Shown piece after piece: positions 37,393-47,293 of a DNA stretch of 64,000 nt. A model generated the notes under the pieces. The model saw only the letters and a program-made list of their open reading frames with translations. It did no database searches and had not been told where the DNA came from. This stretch comes from Thermodesulfobacteriota bacterium (GTDB taxonomy: Bacteria > Desulfobacterota > BSN033 > UBA1163), in assembly GCA_030017685.1 (NCBI GenBank), contig JASEHH010000008.1:685-64684 (forward strand), in the 5' to 3' direction. A program made the position numbers and the translations under genes. Every line of letters starts with the position of its first letter. Positions within the stretch are counted from its first letter, which is position 1.

Positions 37393-37650
37393 CTCTGGCT
37401 ATTTCTACTCTTCAGTCTAAATTCTGATGTCTATAGTCTTACTGTCTGAATCACAGAGATATAGGAATCCCCGTTAAAATGGGAAGGGAGGTATCGAAAA
37501 AACCGATTTGACTTCTTTCGTCAAGAGATTAAAATAGTCTGGAGAAGACCGTTGGCAAGAGGAGATGCAGGAGTGAAGATCGATAGGGTCCATCTGATAG
37601 AGAGATATTTTAAGAAATTGAGATTGAAATTATCCAACAGGAGGAGAGGA

Positions 37651-38691
37651 ATGAACGAGGTTCGCCTGACAGCAACGGTTAAAAAGGCGGGTTGAGCTTC
37701 AAAGGTAGGTCCGGAGGATCTGGACCGGGTTTTAAGGGAGTTGCCCATTCGGCGAGACCCAAATGTGCTGGTGGGTCTGGAGACATCGGATGACGCAGGG
37801 GTCTATCGTTTGAACGATGAGATGGCCCTCGTTCAGACGGTCGATTTCTTCACGCCCATTGTGGACGATCCCTTCACCTTCGGCCAGGTGGCGGCCGCCA
37901 ATGCCTTAAGCGATGTCTATGCGATGGGAGGAACACCCCTGACGGCGATGAACCTGGTCGCCTTTCCGATCCAGACCCTCTCCTCATCCATCTTAAAAGA
38001 GATCCTTCGAGGGGGACTCTCAAAAATCGATGAGGCGGGCGTGGCCCTGGTGGGAGGGCATACGATTGAGGATCAGGAGATCAAGTACGGTCTCTCCGTG
38101 ACAGGGATTGTCCATCCGGATAAGATTCTCTCCAATGCAAAGGCTGTGGCCGGAGACAAACTGGTTGTGACCAAACCGCTCGGTACAGGAATCATCTCCA
38201 CGGCGCTCAAGGGCGAGATGGCTTCTGAGAAGGCAGTGAAAGAGATGGTGGAAACCATGATTGCTCTCAACCAAAAGGCATCGGAGCGAATGAAGGCCTT
38301 TGGAGCCCATGCTTGCACCGATATCACGGGATTTGGGTTTATCGGCCATGCCCTTGAAATGGTGATGGCCAGCCGGATCGGGATGGTCATTGACTCAAAG
38401 AAGATTCCCCTTCTTTCAGGGGTAATGGAATATGCAGGCCTGGGTTTGATTCCAGGAGGGGCTCATTCCAATCGCCGATTTTATTCCTGCCGGGTCGAAG
38501 TCAATTCCAGCGTATCGAACCTTCTGATGGATATCCTCTATGATCCTCAAACCTCCGGTGGACTTCTCATCTCCCTGCCCTCCGGTCAAGCAGAAGCGCT
38601 GGTGGAAGCCCTGAAGAGAGAGGGAGGGGTGAATACCTCCATCATCGGAGAGGTTGTCGCAGAGCCCGAAGGAAAGATCCGGATCACCTGA
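37651..38691 (+). CDS. selD: Selenide, water dikinase (selenoprotein; Sec15 from UGA at 37693-37695)
   Basis: RBS AGGAGAGGA, then MNEVRLTATVKKAG-UGA-ASKVGP, continuing in frame to DDAGVY, TVDFFTP, GGHT, TDITGFG, DPQTSGGLL. Confidence 0.93.
37708..37726 (+). promoter_or_regulatory. Putative bacterial SECIS hairpin
   Basis: GGTCCGGA-GGA-TCTGGACC stem-loop starting 12 nt after the UGA. Confidence 0.65.
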
Positions 38692-38716
38692 TTGCCGATT
38701 GCAGATTTGCGATTTT

Positions 38717-38910
38717 AGTCGATAGGCGGGGCCTGCTACAGGTCTAACCCCGCTTCCAACATAGGCGGGACAGGCCTCCGGCTCAGGCTCCGCCCCAGAG
38801 GGGCTTCTGCCCCGGAGGGAAGAGCCTCTGGCTCCGAGAGAATGTCCCGCCTATCGGGTGCAATTAAATTTTTTCAGGAATGTGGTGTTCCCCCATAACT
38901 GAGGAATTAC
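38717..38910 (-). mobile_element. MITE-like repeat family A, copy 2 (inverted, one end missing)
   Basis: Near reverse complement of 51890-52082. Confidence 0.8.
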
Positions 38911-38988
38911 CCTAATTCCTTTTCCCTTGCGAGAAACTCCATTTCCCAATATAATGGATTTGAAGAAGAAGAGGGGGGACTTTATTCC

Positions 38989-39465
38989 ATGGAAAAGGTA
39001 GCTCTACCTGGCCATTCCACCCAGAACCTGGTTGTGGCGAAGTATTGGGATGGAAGGATGATCAAAGGGGTAACCTATAATTTTGGGTCTGAAAAAAAGG
39101 CATTCCATGTCATCCCCGTACCGGAGGAGAAATCGGAGGAGAAATCGGAGGAGAAAGAAGAGGGGACAAGAAAGGGCGTGGAGGTCGTTATCCCCGAATT
39201 GAAGGCCATCTTTTTTGTGAAGTCCCTTGAAGGAAGAAAAGGGCCCCGAACCCTCGAAGGGCTCCTCGAAGAAGAAGAGGAGGAACAGGCGAGCGCGATG
39301 AAGGTGAGGGTCACATTTCAGGATGGAGAGACCCTGATCGGAATGACACATGGATATTCGAGAGAGAAACAGGGTTTTTTTGTCGTCCCCCTGGAGAAGG
39401 AGAGCAATAATCTGCGAATCTTTGTTGTTTTTAATGCGGCCAAGGAGATTGATATCCTGAAATAG
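38989..39465 (+). CDS. Conserved hypothetical protein (DUF6982-like, two-repeat beta fold)
   Basis: VVAKYWDGRMIKGVT..LKAIFFVK and VRVTFQDGETLIGMT..GFFVVP..SNN. Confidence 0.65.
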   Translation: MEKVALPGHSTQNLVVAKYWDGRMIKGVTYNFGSEKKAFHVIPVPEEKSEEKSEEKEEGTRKGVEVVIPELKAIFFVKSLEGRKGPRTLEGLLEEEEEEQASAMKVRVTFQDGETLIGMTHGYSREKQGFFVVPLEKESNNLRIFVVFNAAKEIDILK

Positions 39466-39498
39466 ATATTTTAAGGCAGGAGGTTGGAGCAGATTTTG

Positions 39499-39738
39499 AT
39501 GGAAATTGAAGTGAAACTCTTTGCTACATTGCGAGATTATCTTCCGAAGGGGAGTGGTCGTTTTTCATGCCGGATGGAGATCGACGGACAGACGAGGGTT
39601 GAAAAAATCCTGACACGGCTCAACATACCCGAAGAGATGCCCAAAATCATTCTCATCAACGGCGTCCACGGAAAAAAAGATCAGGTTTTGAAGGAAGGAG
39701 ATGTCCTCTCTATTTTCCCTCCAGTGGCAGGAGGGTAG
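39499..39738 (+). CDS. MoaD/ThiS ubiquitin-like sulfur carrier
   Basis: IEVKLFATLR..ILING..LKEGDVLSIFPPVAGG, ending in GG. Confidence 0.9.
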   Translation: MEIEVKLFATLRDYLPKGSGRFSCRMEIDGQTRVEKILTRLNIPEEMPKIILINGVHGKKDQVLKEGDVLSIFPPVAGG

Positions 39739-39937
39739 TCAAAATAACCAAATCCCAAGCACCAATCACCAAATAATCTCCAAATTCCAATAACCAAAAC
39801 TGAAATAAGTTATGTGAATTACGGTATTGATTTTTTACATTTGGAATTTGGTGATTCCTGCCTGCCGGCAGGCAGGGGATATTATTTGGTGTTTGACCTG
39901 CCTGCAGCAGGCAGGGATTTGGTGATTGGGATTTGTG

Positions 39938-41686
39938 CTATTTCTTTCCCTTCAATTCCTCAATCTTCTTCTTCAGCCTTTCCATCTGATCGGGTTTCGG
40001 ATTCAGGGTGAGCGCCTTTTCGTAAAACTCCCTTCCCTTCTCCCTCCGGCTCAGTTTGGAATAACCATCTGCCAGATGTTCTGTGATGACGGGATCATTT
40101 GGGGTCAGCTGGTTTGCCTTCTCGAGTTCAATCACCGCCCGCTCGTAGTCCCCGAGTTTGAAATAGGCCCAGCCCAGACTGTCGGTGATATAGCCCATAT
40201 TGGGTTTTAATGCCATCGCCTTCTGAATCAACTGGAGAGCCTCTTCGAGATGGATATCTTTCTCTGCATAGGAGTACCCCAGATAGTTAAGGGCATCGGC
40301 GTGATTGGGATCGAGCCGCAGGGCCTCCTTCATCTCGGAGACCATCTTCTCAAAGTCTCCCATTTTATCATAGAGTGCGCCGAGCTGATAATGGAGGTCA
40401 ACATTCTCCCTGTTTTGCGACAGCCCTTTGTTTAGAGTTTGGAGGGCCTTCGGCAACTGCTCCTCTTTTTCGAAGAGAGCGGCGAGAATGAGATAGAGGT
40501 CCACCTCTTTTGGTTTGGCCTGAATCGATTCTTCCATGACTTGAATGGCCTCTCCCATCTTTTTCTGTTTGCTTAACACCAGGACAATGCTTCTCCGGGA
40601 GTCAGCAAAGAGATTCGATTCAGCGGGGATCTTTTTGAATTCCGAAATAGCCAGATCGAGCGCCTCTTTCTCCACATAGGCGGCTCCCAGGTAGTACCTG
40701 ACCCGGTCGTCTCCGGGCGTGGCGCCAAGGACAAAGTTAAACTCGAGGATGGCCTGGTCCAGTTTCCCCTGTTCGAGATAGATCAGACCAATCTTTGTCC
40801 GGATGTTGAGATCGTCTGAGCTTGATTTCTGGAGCTCCTGAAATAGGGTCAACGCTTCATCCAGCTTCTTCTCTTTGATATAGGTCTGTCCCAGCCGGTT
40901 TCTCGCCCCTTTGTGGTCTGGATGGAGGGTGAGAATCTTTTGATAAACCTCTGAAGCCTTCCGGGTCTCGTTCCGGATTTCATAGACGATCCCCAGATCC
41001 ATCAGGGCAGAGATCTGATTCGGCTCGATGGCGAGCGCCTTTAAAAAATACTCCTCTGCCCTGTCATAAGATTTTGTCTCGGCGTAAATCCTTCCGAGGG
41101 AGTAGAAACCGAGTGCGGAGTTGGGTTCAATTTTTAGAAACTGCTGGAGGAGAAGAATCGCCTTCTCATACTCCCGGCCCTCTGCATAGAGGGAGCTGAG
41201 GTAGAGATAGCTTTCACGATGCCGGGGCGAAATCTCAATGGCCTTCTTATAGGCGTCGATGGCGAGCTCGTTCTTTTTCAGGGAGGAATATATTCCGCCC
41301 AGCAGGAGGTGGGCCGTCAGGTGAAGGGGGTCCGCACGAACAGCCGCCTGACACTCCTCAATCGCCTCGTTCATGCGTCCCTTATAGATAAAGAGGGAGG
41401 CCAGCTCCACGCGGAGTGAAGGCTCTTTTCCATCGTGGTTAATCGCCTCTCTCAGTTCTTCGATGGCTTCATCGAGCTTTCCCTCCCGCAGTTTTAACTG
41501 GGAGAGAAGGAAGTGATAATAGGCGCGGGGTTTGGGAGGAGGCGCCTTTTTCTGAAGGGATTCTTTAACCGGTGGAGAAGGGGCTGACTGGGGCGTTGAG
41601 GGGTCAGCCTTCTGAGCACTTGCGCACGAAGTGAGAAGGACAAGGGAAAACAGGACGGAGAGGGCTCTTGCTGTAAAATGTCTCAT
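39938..41686 (-). CDS. TPR-repeat lipoprotein
   Basis: Lipobox LTSC, many TPRs, ALNYLGYSYA..ITDSLGWAYF..I.EHL.D. Confidence 0.88.
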   Translation of the reverse strand: MRHFTARALSVLFSLVLLTSCASAQKADPSTPQSAPSPPVKESLQKKAPPPKPRAYYHFLLSQLKLREGKLDEAIEELREAINHDGKEPSLRVELASLFIYKGRMNEAIEECQAAVRADPLHLTAHLLLGGIYSSLKKNELAIDAYKKAIEISPRHRESYLYLSSLYAEGREYEKAILLLQQFLKIEPNSALGFYSLGRIYAETKSYDRAEEYFLKALAIEPNQISALMDLGIVYEIRNETRKASEVYQKILTLHPDHKGARNRLGQTYIKEKKLDEALTLFQELQKSSSDDLNIRTKIGLIYLEQGKLDQAILEFNFVLGATPGDDRVRYYLGAAYVEKEALDLAISEFKKIPAESNLFADSRRSIVLVLSKQKKMGEAIQVMEESIQAKPKEVDLYLILAALFEKEEQLPKALQTLNKGLSQNRENVDLHYQLGALYDKMGDFEKMVSEMKEALRLDPNHADALNYLGYSYAEKDIHLEEALQLIQKAMALKPNMGYITDSLGWAYFKLGDYERAVIELEKANQLTPNDPVITEHLADGYSKLSRREKGREFYEKALTLNPKPDQMERLKKKIEELKGKK

Positions 41687-41808
41687 AAATAATTAATAAC
41701 ACTGTTTCTTAATGTAGTCAACGAAACCGCGGCAGGAGGATCAGGAGGTTAAGATTCTGATTTGAAATTTTTGAAAAACCATTGAAATTTCTGTCATCGT
41801 TTTCTCGA

Positions 41809-41927
41809 TTTCGGTAACGGTTACGAAGCCCGTTTCAGTTACGTAAAAAGAATTAAGAGACGATAAACGTAGCCTTTTATTAACGATACGGGCCTCGTTA
41901 CCCTTACCGTTAGCCTTTTATTTTCTA
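41809..41927 (+). repeat. Repeat family B copy without the nested hairpin
   Basis: TTCGGTAACGGTTACGAAGCCCG|TTTC...CGGGCCTCGTTACCCTTACCGTTAG. Confidence 0.75.
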
Positions 41928-41932
41928 ATCAA

Positions 41933-43297
41933 TTAAGGGGATTCCCCGGAGGGACCCTTCTTTTCGAACCGGTAGAGCGTTCTGGGATTGACCTTTAAAA
42001 TTTCAGCGGCCGTTTTTTTATTCCCATTGGTCTGCTTCAATATCTGGACGATATATTCGGCCTTGATCTCATCGAGGGATTTACGGCCCTTTGCCCCTCT
42101 TCTGATCAGGAAGGAAAATCCTTCTATCAAATCTCCGGGAAGATCCTGAGGGGTCAAAAATTCTCCGTCCGCCATGATGACCGCCCTTTCAATGGCGTTC
42201 TCCAGTTCCCTGACATTTCCCGGCCAGTAATATTCGAGAAGGAGGTTCATCGCCTCTTTCGAGATTCCTTTGATCTCTTTTTTTGCTTCCTTCGAATAGA
42301 GATCGAGGAAGTGATAGGCCAGGAGGGAAATATCTTCCTTTCTTTCTTTCAGGTCCGGGAGGAAGATGGGAAAGACATGGAGCCGGTAGAAGAGATCTTC
42401 CCGGAATTTCCCATTCTTCATATTGGTTTCGAGATCTTCGTTCGTGGCCGCAATCATCCGGACATCGATCTTCGTTCTCTCGGTGCTTCCTATTTTCATC
42501 ACTTCCTTTTCCTGAAGGACCCTGAGAAGTTTAACCTGAACGGATGGGAGGACCGTGGAGATTTCATCGAGGAAGAGGGTCCCGCCATGGGCTTCTTCAA
42601 ACAGCCCTTTCTTGGTTTGAACCGCTCCGGTGAAGGCGCCGCGAGTGTGACCGAAGAGTTCGCTCTCCACAAGGGTTTCGGGAATGGCGCTGCAATTGAA
42701 AGGGATAAAAGGCTGATCCGTCCTCGGGCTGTTGTAATGGATGGCCTTGGCAACGAGTTCTTTCCCGGTTCCGCTCCCTCCGTAAATGATGACCGTGCTG
42801 CTGCTCGAAGCCACCTTTTCGATGAGGGAGAAGACCTCCTGCATCTTCCGGCTTTTTCCGATGATGTTGGAGAACTCGAATTTTTTTCTTACCTCCATTC
42901 TCAGGAGACGGTTCTCCTGCAGGAGGCGGTTTTCCTGATGGACTTTGGAGATGCGGAGGAGGAGGTCTCTGAGGTCAACGGGCTTGGTGATGTAATCATT
43001 GGCCCCGGTCTTCATCGCCTCCACAGCCGTATCGATCGATCCATAGGCTGTCATCATGATAACCGGCATCTCCGGCCTGGTGCCCTTGATCATCTTAAGA
43101 AGTTCCATGCCGTCCATCTCCGGCATCATCAGATCGGTTAAGATGAGATCGAAAATATCCTTTTCGATCTTTTCGATCGCCTCCTGACCATTTGGGGCGA
43201 CTTCGACAGAGAACCCGCCCATCTGAGCCAGGCCCCTTTGAAGGATCTCCCGGAGAGGGGCTTCATCATCCACCACTAATATCTTTAAGGGCTCCAT
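41933..43297 (-). CDS. Sigma-54-dependent NtrC-family response regulator
   Basis: REC domain, GGSGTGKE, GAFTGA, WPGNVRELEN, HTH. Confidence 0.93.
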   Translation of the reverse strand: MEPLKILVVDDEAPLREILQRGLAQMGGFSVEVAPNGQEAIEKIEKDIFDLILTDLMMPEMDGMELLKMIKGTRPEMPVIMMTAYGSIDTAVEAMKTGANDYITKPVDLRDLLLRISKVHQENRLLQENRLLRMEVRKKFEFSNIIGKSRKMQEVFSLIEKVASSSSTVIIYGGSGTGKELVAKAIHYNSPRTDQPFIPFNCSAIPETLVESELFGHTRGAFTGAVQTKKGLFEEAHGGTLFLDEISTVLPSVQVKLLRVLQEKEVMKIGSTERTKIDVRMIAATNEDLETNMKNGKFREDLFYRLHVFPIFLPDLKERKEDISLLAYHFLDLYSKEAKKEIKGISKEAMNLLLEYYWPGNVRELENAIERAVIMADGEFLTPQDLPGDLIEGFSFLIRRGAKGRKSLDEIKAEYIVQILKQTNGNKKTAAEILKVNPRTLYRFEKKGPSGESP

Positions 43298-43415
43298 ACA
43301 CCTGCTTCCGTAGAATATAAATATGTTTATCAAAAAACCTTCTCGAAATCAAATGAAATTTGAAATGAAATTTGGGGTTGACTCCTGCTCCATTTCTTAT
43401 TAAATAGATAGGCAT

Positions 43416-44438
43416 ATGAAGGAAGAGCGGATATTGATTGTTGATGATGAGGAGGTCATCTGCAACGTTTTAGACCGGAGGTTGACGAGGGAAGGGTATT
43501 TCTGCACTACGGCCCATAACGGAAAGGAAGCCCTCAACCATTTTTATAAAGATTCTTTTTCCCTCATCATCTCCGATATCAAAATGCCTGAGATGACCGG
43601 GATTGAACTATTGCAGAAGGTAAAAGCCATTGACCCCAAGATGAAGATGATCATGGTGACCGCCTACCCAGAGATCGATCTGGCGGTGAATGCGATGAGA
43701 CTGGGGGCTTATGATTTCATCATCAAGCCGGCCGACCTTGACCTGATCGTCATGAGCGTGAAGAAAGCCCTTGAGAGCAAGCGACTCGAAGAGGAGATCG
43801 AGGCTTATCACAATCATATGGAAGAACTGGTGGAGGAACGGACCATAAAACTTAAGCAGGCTTATCGGACTCTGAAAAAAGCCCATCTGGATTCGGTAAA
43901 AGTTCTGGCTGAGGCGATCGATGCGAAAGACCCATATACCCGGGGGCATTCCGACCGGGTGAAACGGATGAGCCTGGCGATCGCCAAGAAGATGGGTTTT
44001 TCGGAAGAGAGGCTGGAGAATCTGGAATATGGAGCGCTTCTTCACGATATCGGCAAGATCGGCATCAAGGACGAGGTCCTTCAGAAGCAGACCCCGCTGA
44101 GTTCCGAAGAATACCAATATATTCAGGAGCACCCGCTGATCGGAGTGAAGATTGTGGAGGGGGTGGAATTTTTTAAGGATAAGATTCCGATGATCCGTCA
44201 CCACCATGAACATTATGATAGCAATGGTTATCCCGACGGGCTGGCAGGCGAGGCCATCCCCCTGGAGGCACGGATCATCAGCCTTCCTGATGCGTTTGAT
44301 GCCATGACGAGTGCAAGACCCCATCGAGGGGTGATGCCCCTTCAGGATGTCCTTGCGGAACTGGAGAAGTTCAAAGGCAAACAGTTCGACCCGAAGGTGC
44401 TTGAGATTTTCCTGCGGGAGAAGATTTATAAATTATAA
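43416..44438 (+). CDS. Response regulator with HD-GYP phosphodiesterase domain (RpfG-like)
   Basis: REC domain; KDPYTRGHS, LHDIGKIG, HHEHYD..GYPDGL. Confidence 0.93.
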   Translation: MKEERILIVDDEEVICNVLDRRLTREGYFCTTAHNGKEALNHFYKDSFSLIISDIKMPEMTGIELLQKVKAIDPKMKMIMVTAYPEIDLAVNAMRLGAYDFIIKPADLDLIVMSVKKALESKRLEEEIEAYHNHMEELVEERTIKLKQAYRTLKKAHLDSVKVLAEAIDAKDPYTRGHSDRVKRMSLAIAKKMGFSEERLENLEYGALLHDIGKIGIKDEVLQKQTPLSSEEYQYIQEHPLIGVKIVEGVEFFKDKIPMIRHHHEHYDSNGYPDGLAGEAIPLEARIISLPDAFDAMTSARPHRGVMPLQDVLAELEKFKGKQFDPKVLEIFLREKIYKL

Positions 44439-44638
44439 CTGCGAGATAAATACATGGAATAATGGAAGATTGGAATACTGGAAGGTTGGGTTTGTATTAC
44501 AGTTTGCAAAAGTAATAAATCTTCCCCATTATTCCCTGTGTGCCGACAGGCAGGCATTATTCCAACATTCCATGCAAAACGGAACGATACGGGTACTGAT
44601 GAGGTTTAGATATTCCCGGTAGGTATAGCGTCAAGATT

Positions 44639-45625
44639 ATGCCAGCCAATCTCACCCCCCAGTATTTAGAAGCAGAGGCCAAGTTCAAGCAGGCCAAATC
44701 CGTTCCCGAAAAGATCAAGGCCCTTGAGGTGATGATGGCTGTCATCCCGAAGCACAAAGGGACGGAGAGGCTCCGGGGGCAACTGAAGTCCCGGATGGCC
44801 AAGTTGAAAGAGGAGCTTCAAAAAAAACCCGCGGTCAGCAGGGCAGAGCAGGCCTATAATGTCAAAAGAGAGGGTGCGGCCCAGGTGGTGCTTCTGGGCC
44901 TTCCCAATACGGGAAAGTCGAACCTCTTCACCCACCTCACCCATGCTCCTTCCGAGGTCGCGGATTACCCTTTTACCACACAGAAACCCATTCCGGGGAT
45001 GATGAAGTTTGAGAACCTCCAGATTCAACTGGTGGATGCGCCGCCCATCCAGATGGACCGGATCGAGCCCGGATTTCCCAATCTCATAAGGAACGCCAAT
45101 GCCGTTCTCATCGTACTTGACCTGACAGATGATCCCGTCTTCCAGATGGAGGTCCTTCTTGAAGAGTTGAACCGGATGAAGATAAAAATAGGAGATAAAG
45201 ACCCGGTCCATTCCATCGAGGAAGGGTGGGTTTTTAAAAAGGCGTTTCTTCTTGGGAATAAGGCTGATCTCAGGAATGCGACGGATGGACTCCGGGCGCT
45301 CGAGGGCCATTTCAAGGGAGAATGGATGGTCCTGCCGGTCTCTGCAAAGGAGGAGATGAATTTCGAAGAGGTGAGGAAAGAAGTCTATGGCCGCCTGGAT
45401 ATCCTCCGGGTCTATACCAAAATTCCAGGGAAAGAGCCAGACCTGACAGAGCCTGTGATTCTGAGGAGGGGAAGCACGATCGAAGATGTGGCCCTTTCGG
45501 TTCATAAGGATTTCGCCGCCAAACTGAGGTATGCCCGGGTCTGGGGGTCGGGGAAATTTGACGGCCAGATGGTGAAGAGGGACTATCGGGTGAGCGAGGG
45601 CGATGTGATTGAGCTGCATCTTTGA
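44639..45625 (+). CDS. DRG/OBG-family GTPase with TGS domain
   Basis: PKHKGTE, GLPNTGKS, YPFTT, NKAD, SA; TGS domain RVYTK..VHKD..YARVWG..GDVIELH. Confidence 0.88.
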   Translation: MPANLTPQYLEAEAKFKQAKSVPEKIKALEVMMAVIPKHKGTERLRGQLKSRMAKLKEELQKKPAVSRAEQAYNVKREGAAQVVLLGLPNTGKSNLFTHLTHAPSEVADYPFTTQKPIPGMMKFENLQIQLVDAPPIQMDRIEPGFPNLIRNANAVLIVLDLTDDPVFQMEVLLEELNRMKIKIGDKDPVHSIEEGWVFKKAFLLGNKADLRNATDGLRALEGHFKGEWMVLPVSAKEEMNFEEVRKEVYGRLDILRVYTKIPGKEPDLTEPVILRRGSTIEDVALSVHKDFAAKLRYARVWGSGKFDGQMVKRDYRVSEGDVIELHL

Positions 45626-45806
45626 AACCAGTTCGGAGTAATGAGTTCGCCTGTCCGTCCGGTAGGCGGGGAGTTCGGAGATCAGAAAAAAATAAAAAAG
45701 GTCGGAGTTCGGAGTAATGAGTTCGGAGTTTTTCAAAAAATTTTCAAGTCTTTTTTATTTTACACAATTACTCCGAACCCCGAACTCTGAACTCCGAACT
45801 TATCAT

Positions 45807-46652
45807 TTGACGAGAAGAAATTTTTTTCGGTGGATTTTAGGATTATCATTCCTTCCCATTTTCCCTTTCTATGTTCGGGAAACAGGAGCAAATTCCTATT
45901 CTGCATCGAGAGGGGAGAGAAGATCCATTGCCGAATTCTTTAAAGGGGAAGGACTCTCTTACGAGGTCGGGTTCTGGCTTTTTAAAAGGGCGGCCCTGGG
46001 TAAATTGAGCTTTAAAGAGATGGAGAAGAAAGGCCGTTACATGGCCATCCTTCAGGCGGAAACACTGGGCGTTCTGGGATTCGTTGTTCGTTATCGGGTG
46101 GACACCTACCGTTCCGTGATGGAAGAGGTGGATGGCGGGAGGCGTCTCAGAGCCCTGTCTTTCGAAGAGGATGTGAAGATCGGGGAGAGGCTGAGACGAA
46201 AAACCCATCTTTTCGATTATCAGAAGATGAGATGGATTCAAACGAAACTGAAAAAGGACGGGACCTTGGTGAAGACGGAAGAGGGGATCCCTTCCGGAAA
46301 GATCTATGATGATTTTTTGACCGCCTCTTACAATTTCCGGTATGGCGTTTATGGAGAAATAGACAGGGGCAAGAGATATTCCGTTGCTACCTTTCCAAGA
46401 AAGGGTTCGAGCGCTTATGAAGTGAGCGTGGCATCCAGGGAGGATGAGGAAAAGAGAAGGAGATCGGAAAAATTGAAAGACGGGAAGGAGTACTATCTTA
46501 AACTTGCATTAGATCCCGAAATCACCCATTCAAAAGAAGGCCTGATTGAGGGGTGGTTGTCAAAAGAACTCTGTCCCACCGAGGGGACAATTCGGGATGT
46601 CGTCCTGTTCGGGGATGTGACAGGAAGGCTGATCAACAAAGTTCGGAGTTAA
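45807..46652 (+). CDS. Exported DUF3108-like protein (Tat-like signal)
   Basis: TTG start giving TRRNFF plus a hydrophobic stretch; GEGLSYEVGFW..; the longer track ORF begins in repeat DNA. Confidence 0.6.
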   Translation: MTRRNFFRWILGLSFLPIFPFYVRETGANSYSASRGERRSIAEFFKGEGLSYEVGFWLFKRAALGKLSFKEMEKKGRYMAILQAETLGVLGFVVRYRVDTYRSVMEEVDGGRRLRALSFEEDVKIGERLRRKTHLFDYQKMRWIQTKLKKDGTLVKTEEGIPSGKIYDDFLTASYNFRYGVYGEIDRGKRYSVATFPRKGSSAYEVSVASREDEEKRRRSEKLKDGKEYYLKLALDPEITHSKEGLIEGWLSKELCPTEGTIRDVVLFGDVTGRLINKVRS

Positions 46653-46764
46653 TAAGAGTGACCTAAAGTGACTAAAGTGCCTAAAATGCCTAAAGTTTAA
46701 AATCTTTTCTCACTTTAGTTCACTTCAAACTTTAGATCACTTTAGTCACTTTTACCATCGCAGA

Positions 46765-47010
46765 ATGGACACTCATTCAAAATATTTTAGGCTGAGGCGG
46801 AAGGATATCGCCTATTTCAAGTTCATCATCGAATCGCACGAGGGGATGGCTGTGGTGAGAACGAAAGACCCTCATGAAGCGATTGTGGAATTAATGATTG
46901 CGCCGGGCTGGGAAAAGGATGTGGAGGAGGTTTTGGATGGACTCAGAGGAGAGATGACCATTGAACCTTTAGAGATGGAATATTTTCCCAATAAAAATGG
47001 TCGGTCTTAA
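46765..47010 (+). CDS. DUF4911-like small protein
   Basis: RKDIAYFKFIIESHEGMAVVRTKDP. Confidence 0.7.
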   Translation: MDTHSKYFRLRRKDIAYFKFIIESHEGMAVVRTKDPHEAIVELMIAPGWEKDVEEVLDGLRGEMTIEPLEMEYFPNKNGRS

Positions 47011-47075
47011 ATCCGAAGCACAAAGCACGAATTTCGAAACAAGCACGAATGTTCAAAATTTAAATGACAGAAACC

Positions 47076-47269
47076 TAATACCTAAATTGAGCGATTTATT
47101 ATCCTAAATGTAGCCGCAACCTTCCCGCTGCGCCGGAGCGCATGCGAGGCGAGTAGGTTGCGTGATTTTATCGGAAACGATTTCTCACCCAAGGGGTGAG
47201 AGGAAACCGCCCCGGTAAACCGGGACGACTACAGGTTCCTTTCAAAAGAATCGCTCAATTTAGGTAATA
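47076..47269. mobile_element. MITE with 16-bp TIRs and 5-bp TSD, enclosing a GTAG...CTAC REP pair
   Basis: TAATA-CCTAAATTGAGCGATT (47081-47096) ... AATCGCTCAATTTAGG (47249-47264)-TAATA. Confidence 0.8.
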
Positions 47270-47293
47270 GTCACCTCAAATCAGGGGAATAGA

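Noticed and set aside
42311-44324. 276-aa and 238-aa ORFs opposite the two response regulators
   Set aside because: Codon-bias shadows of well-supported genes.
44666-45736. 356-aa minus-strand ORF
   Set aside because: Antisense to the DRG GTPase and starts in heptamer repeat DNA.
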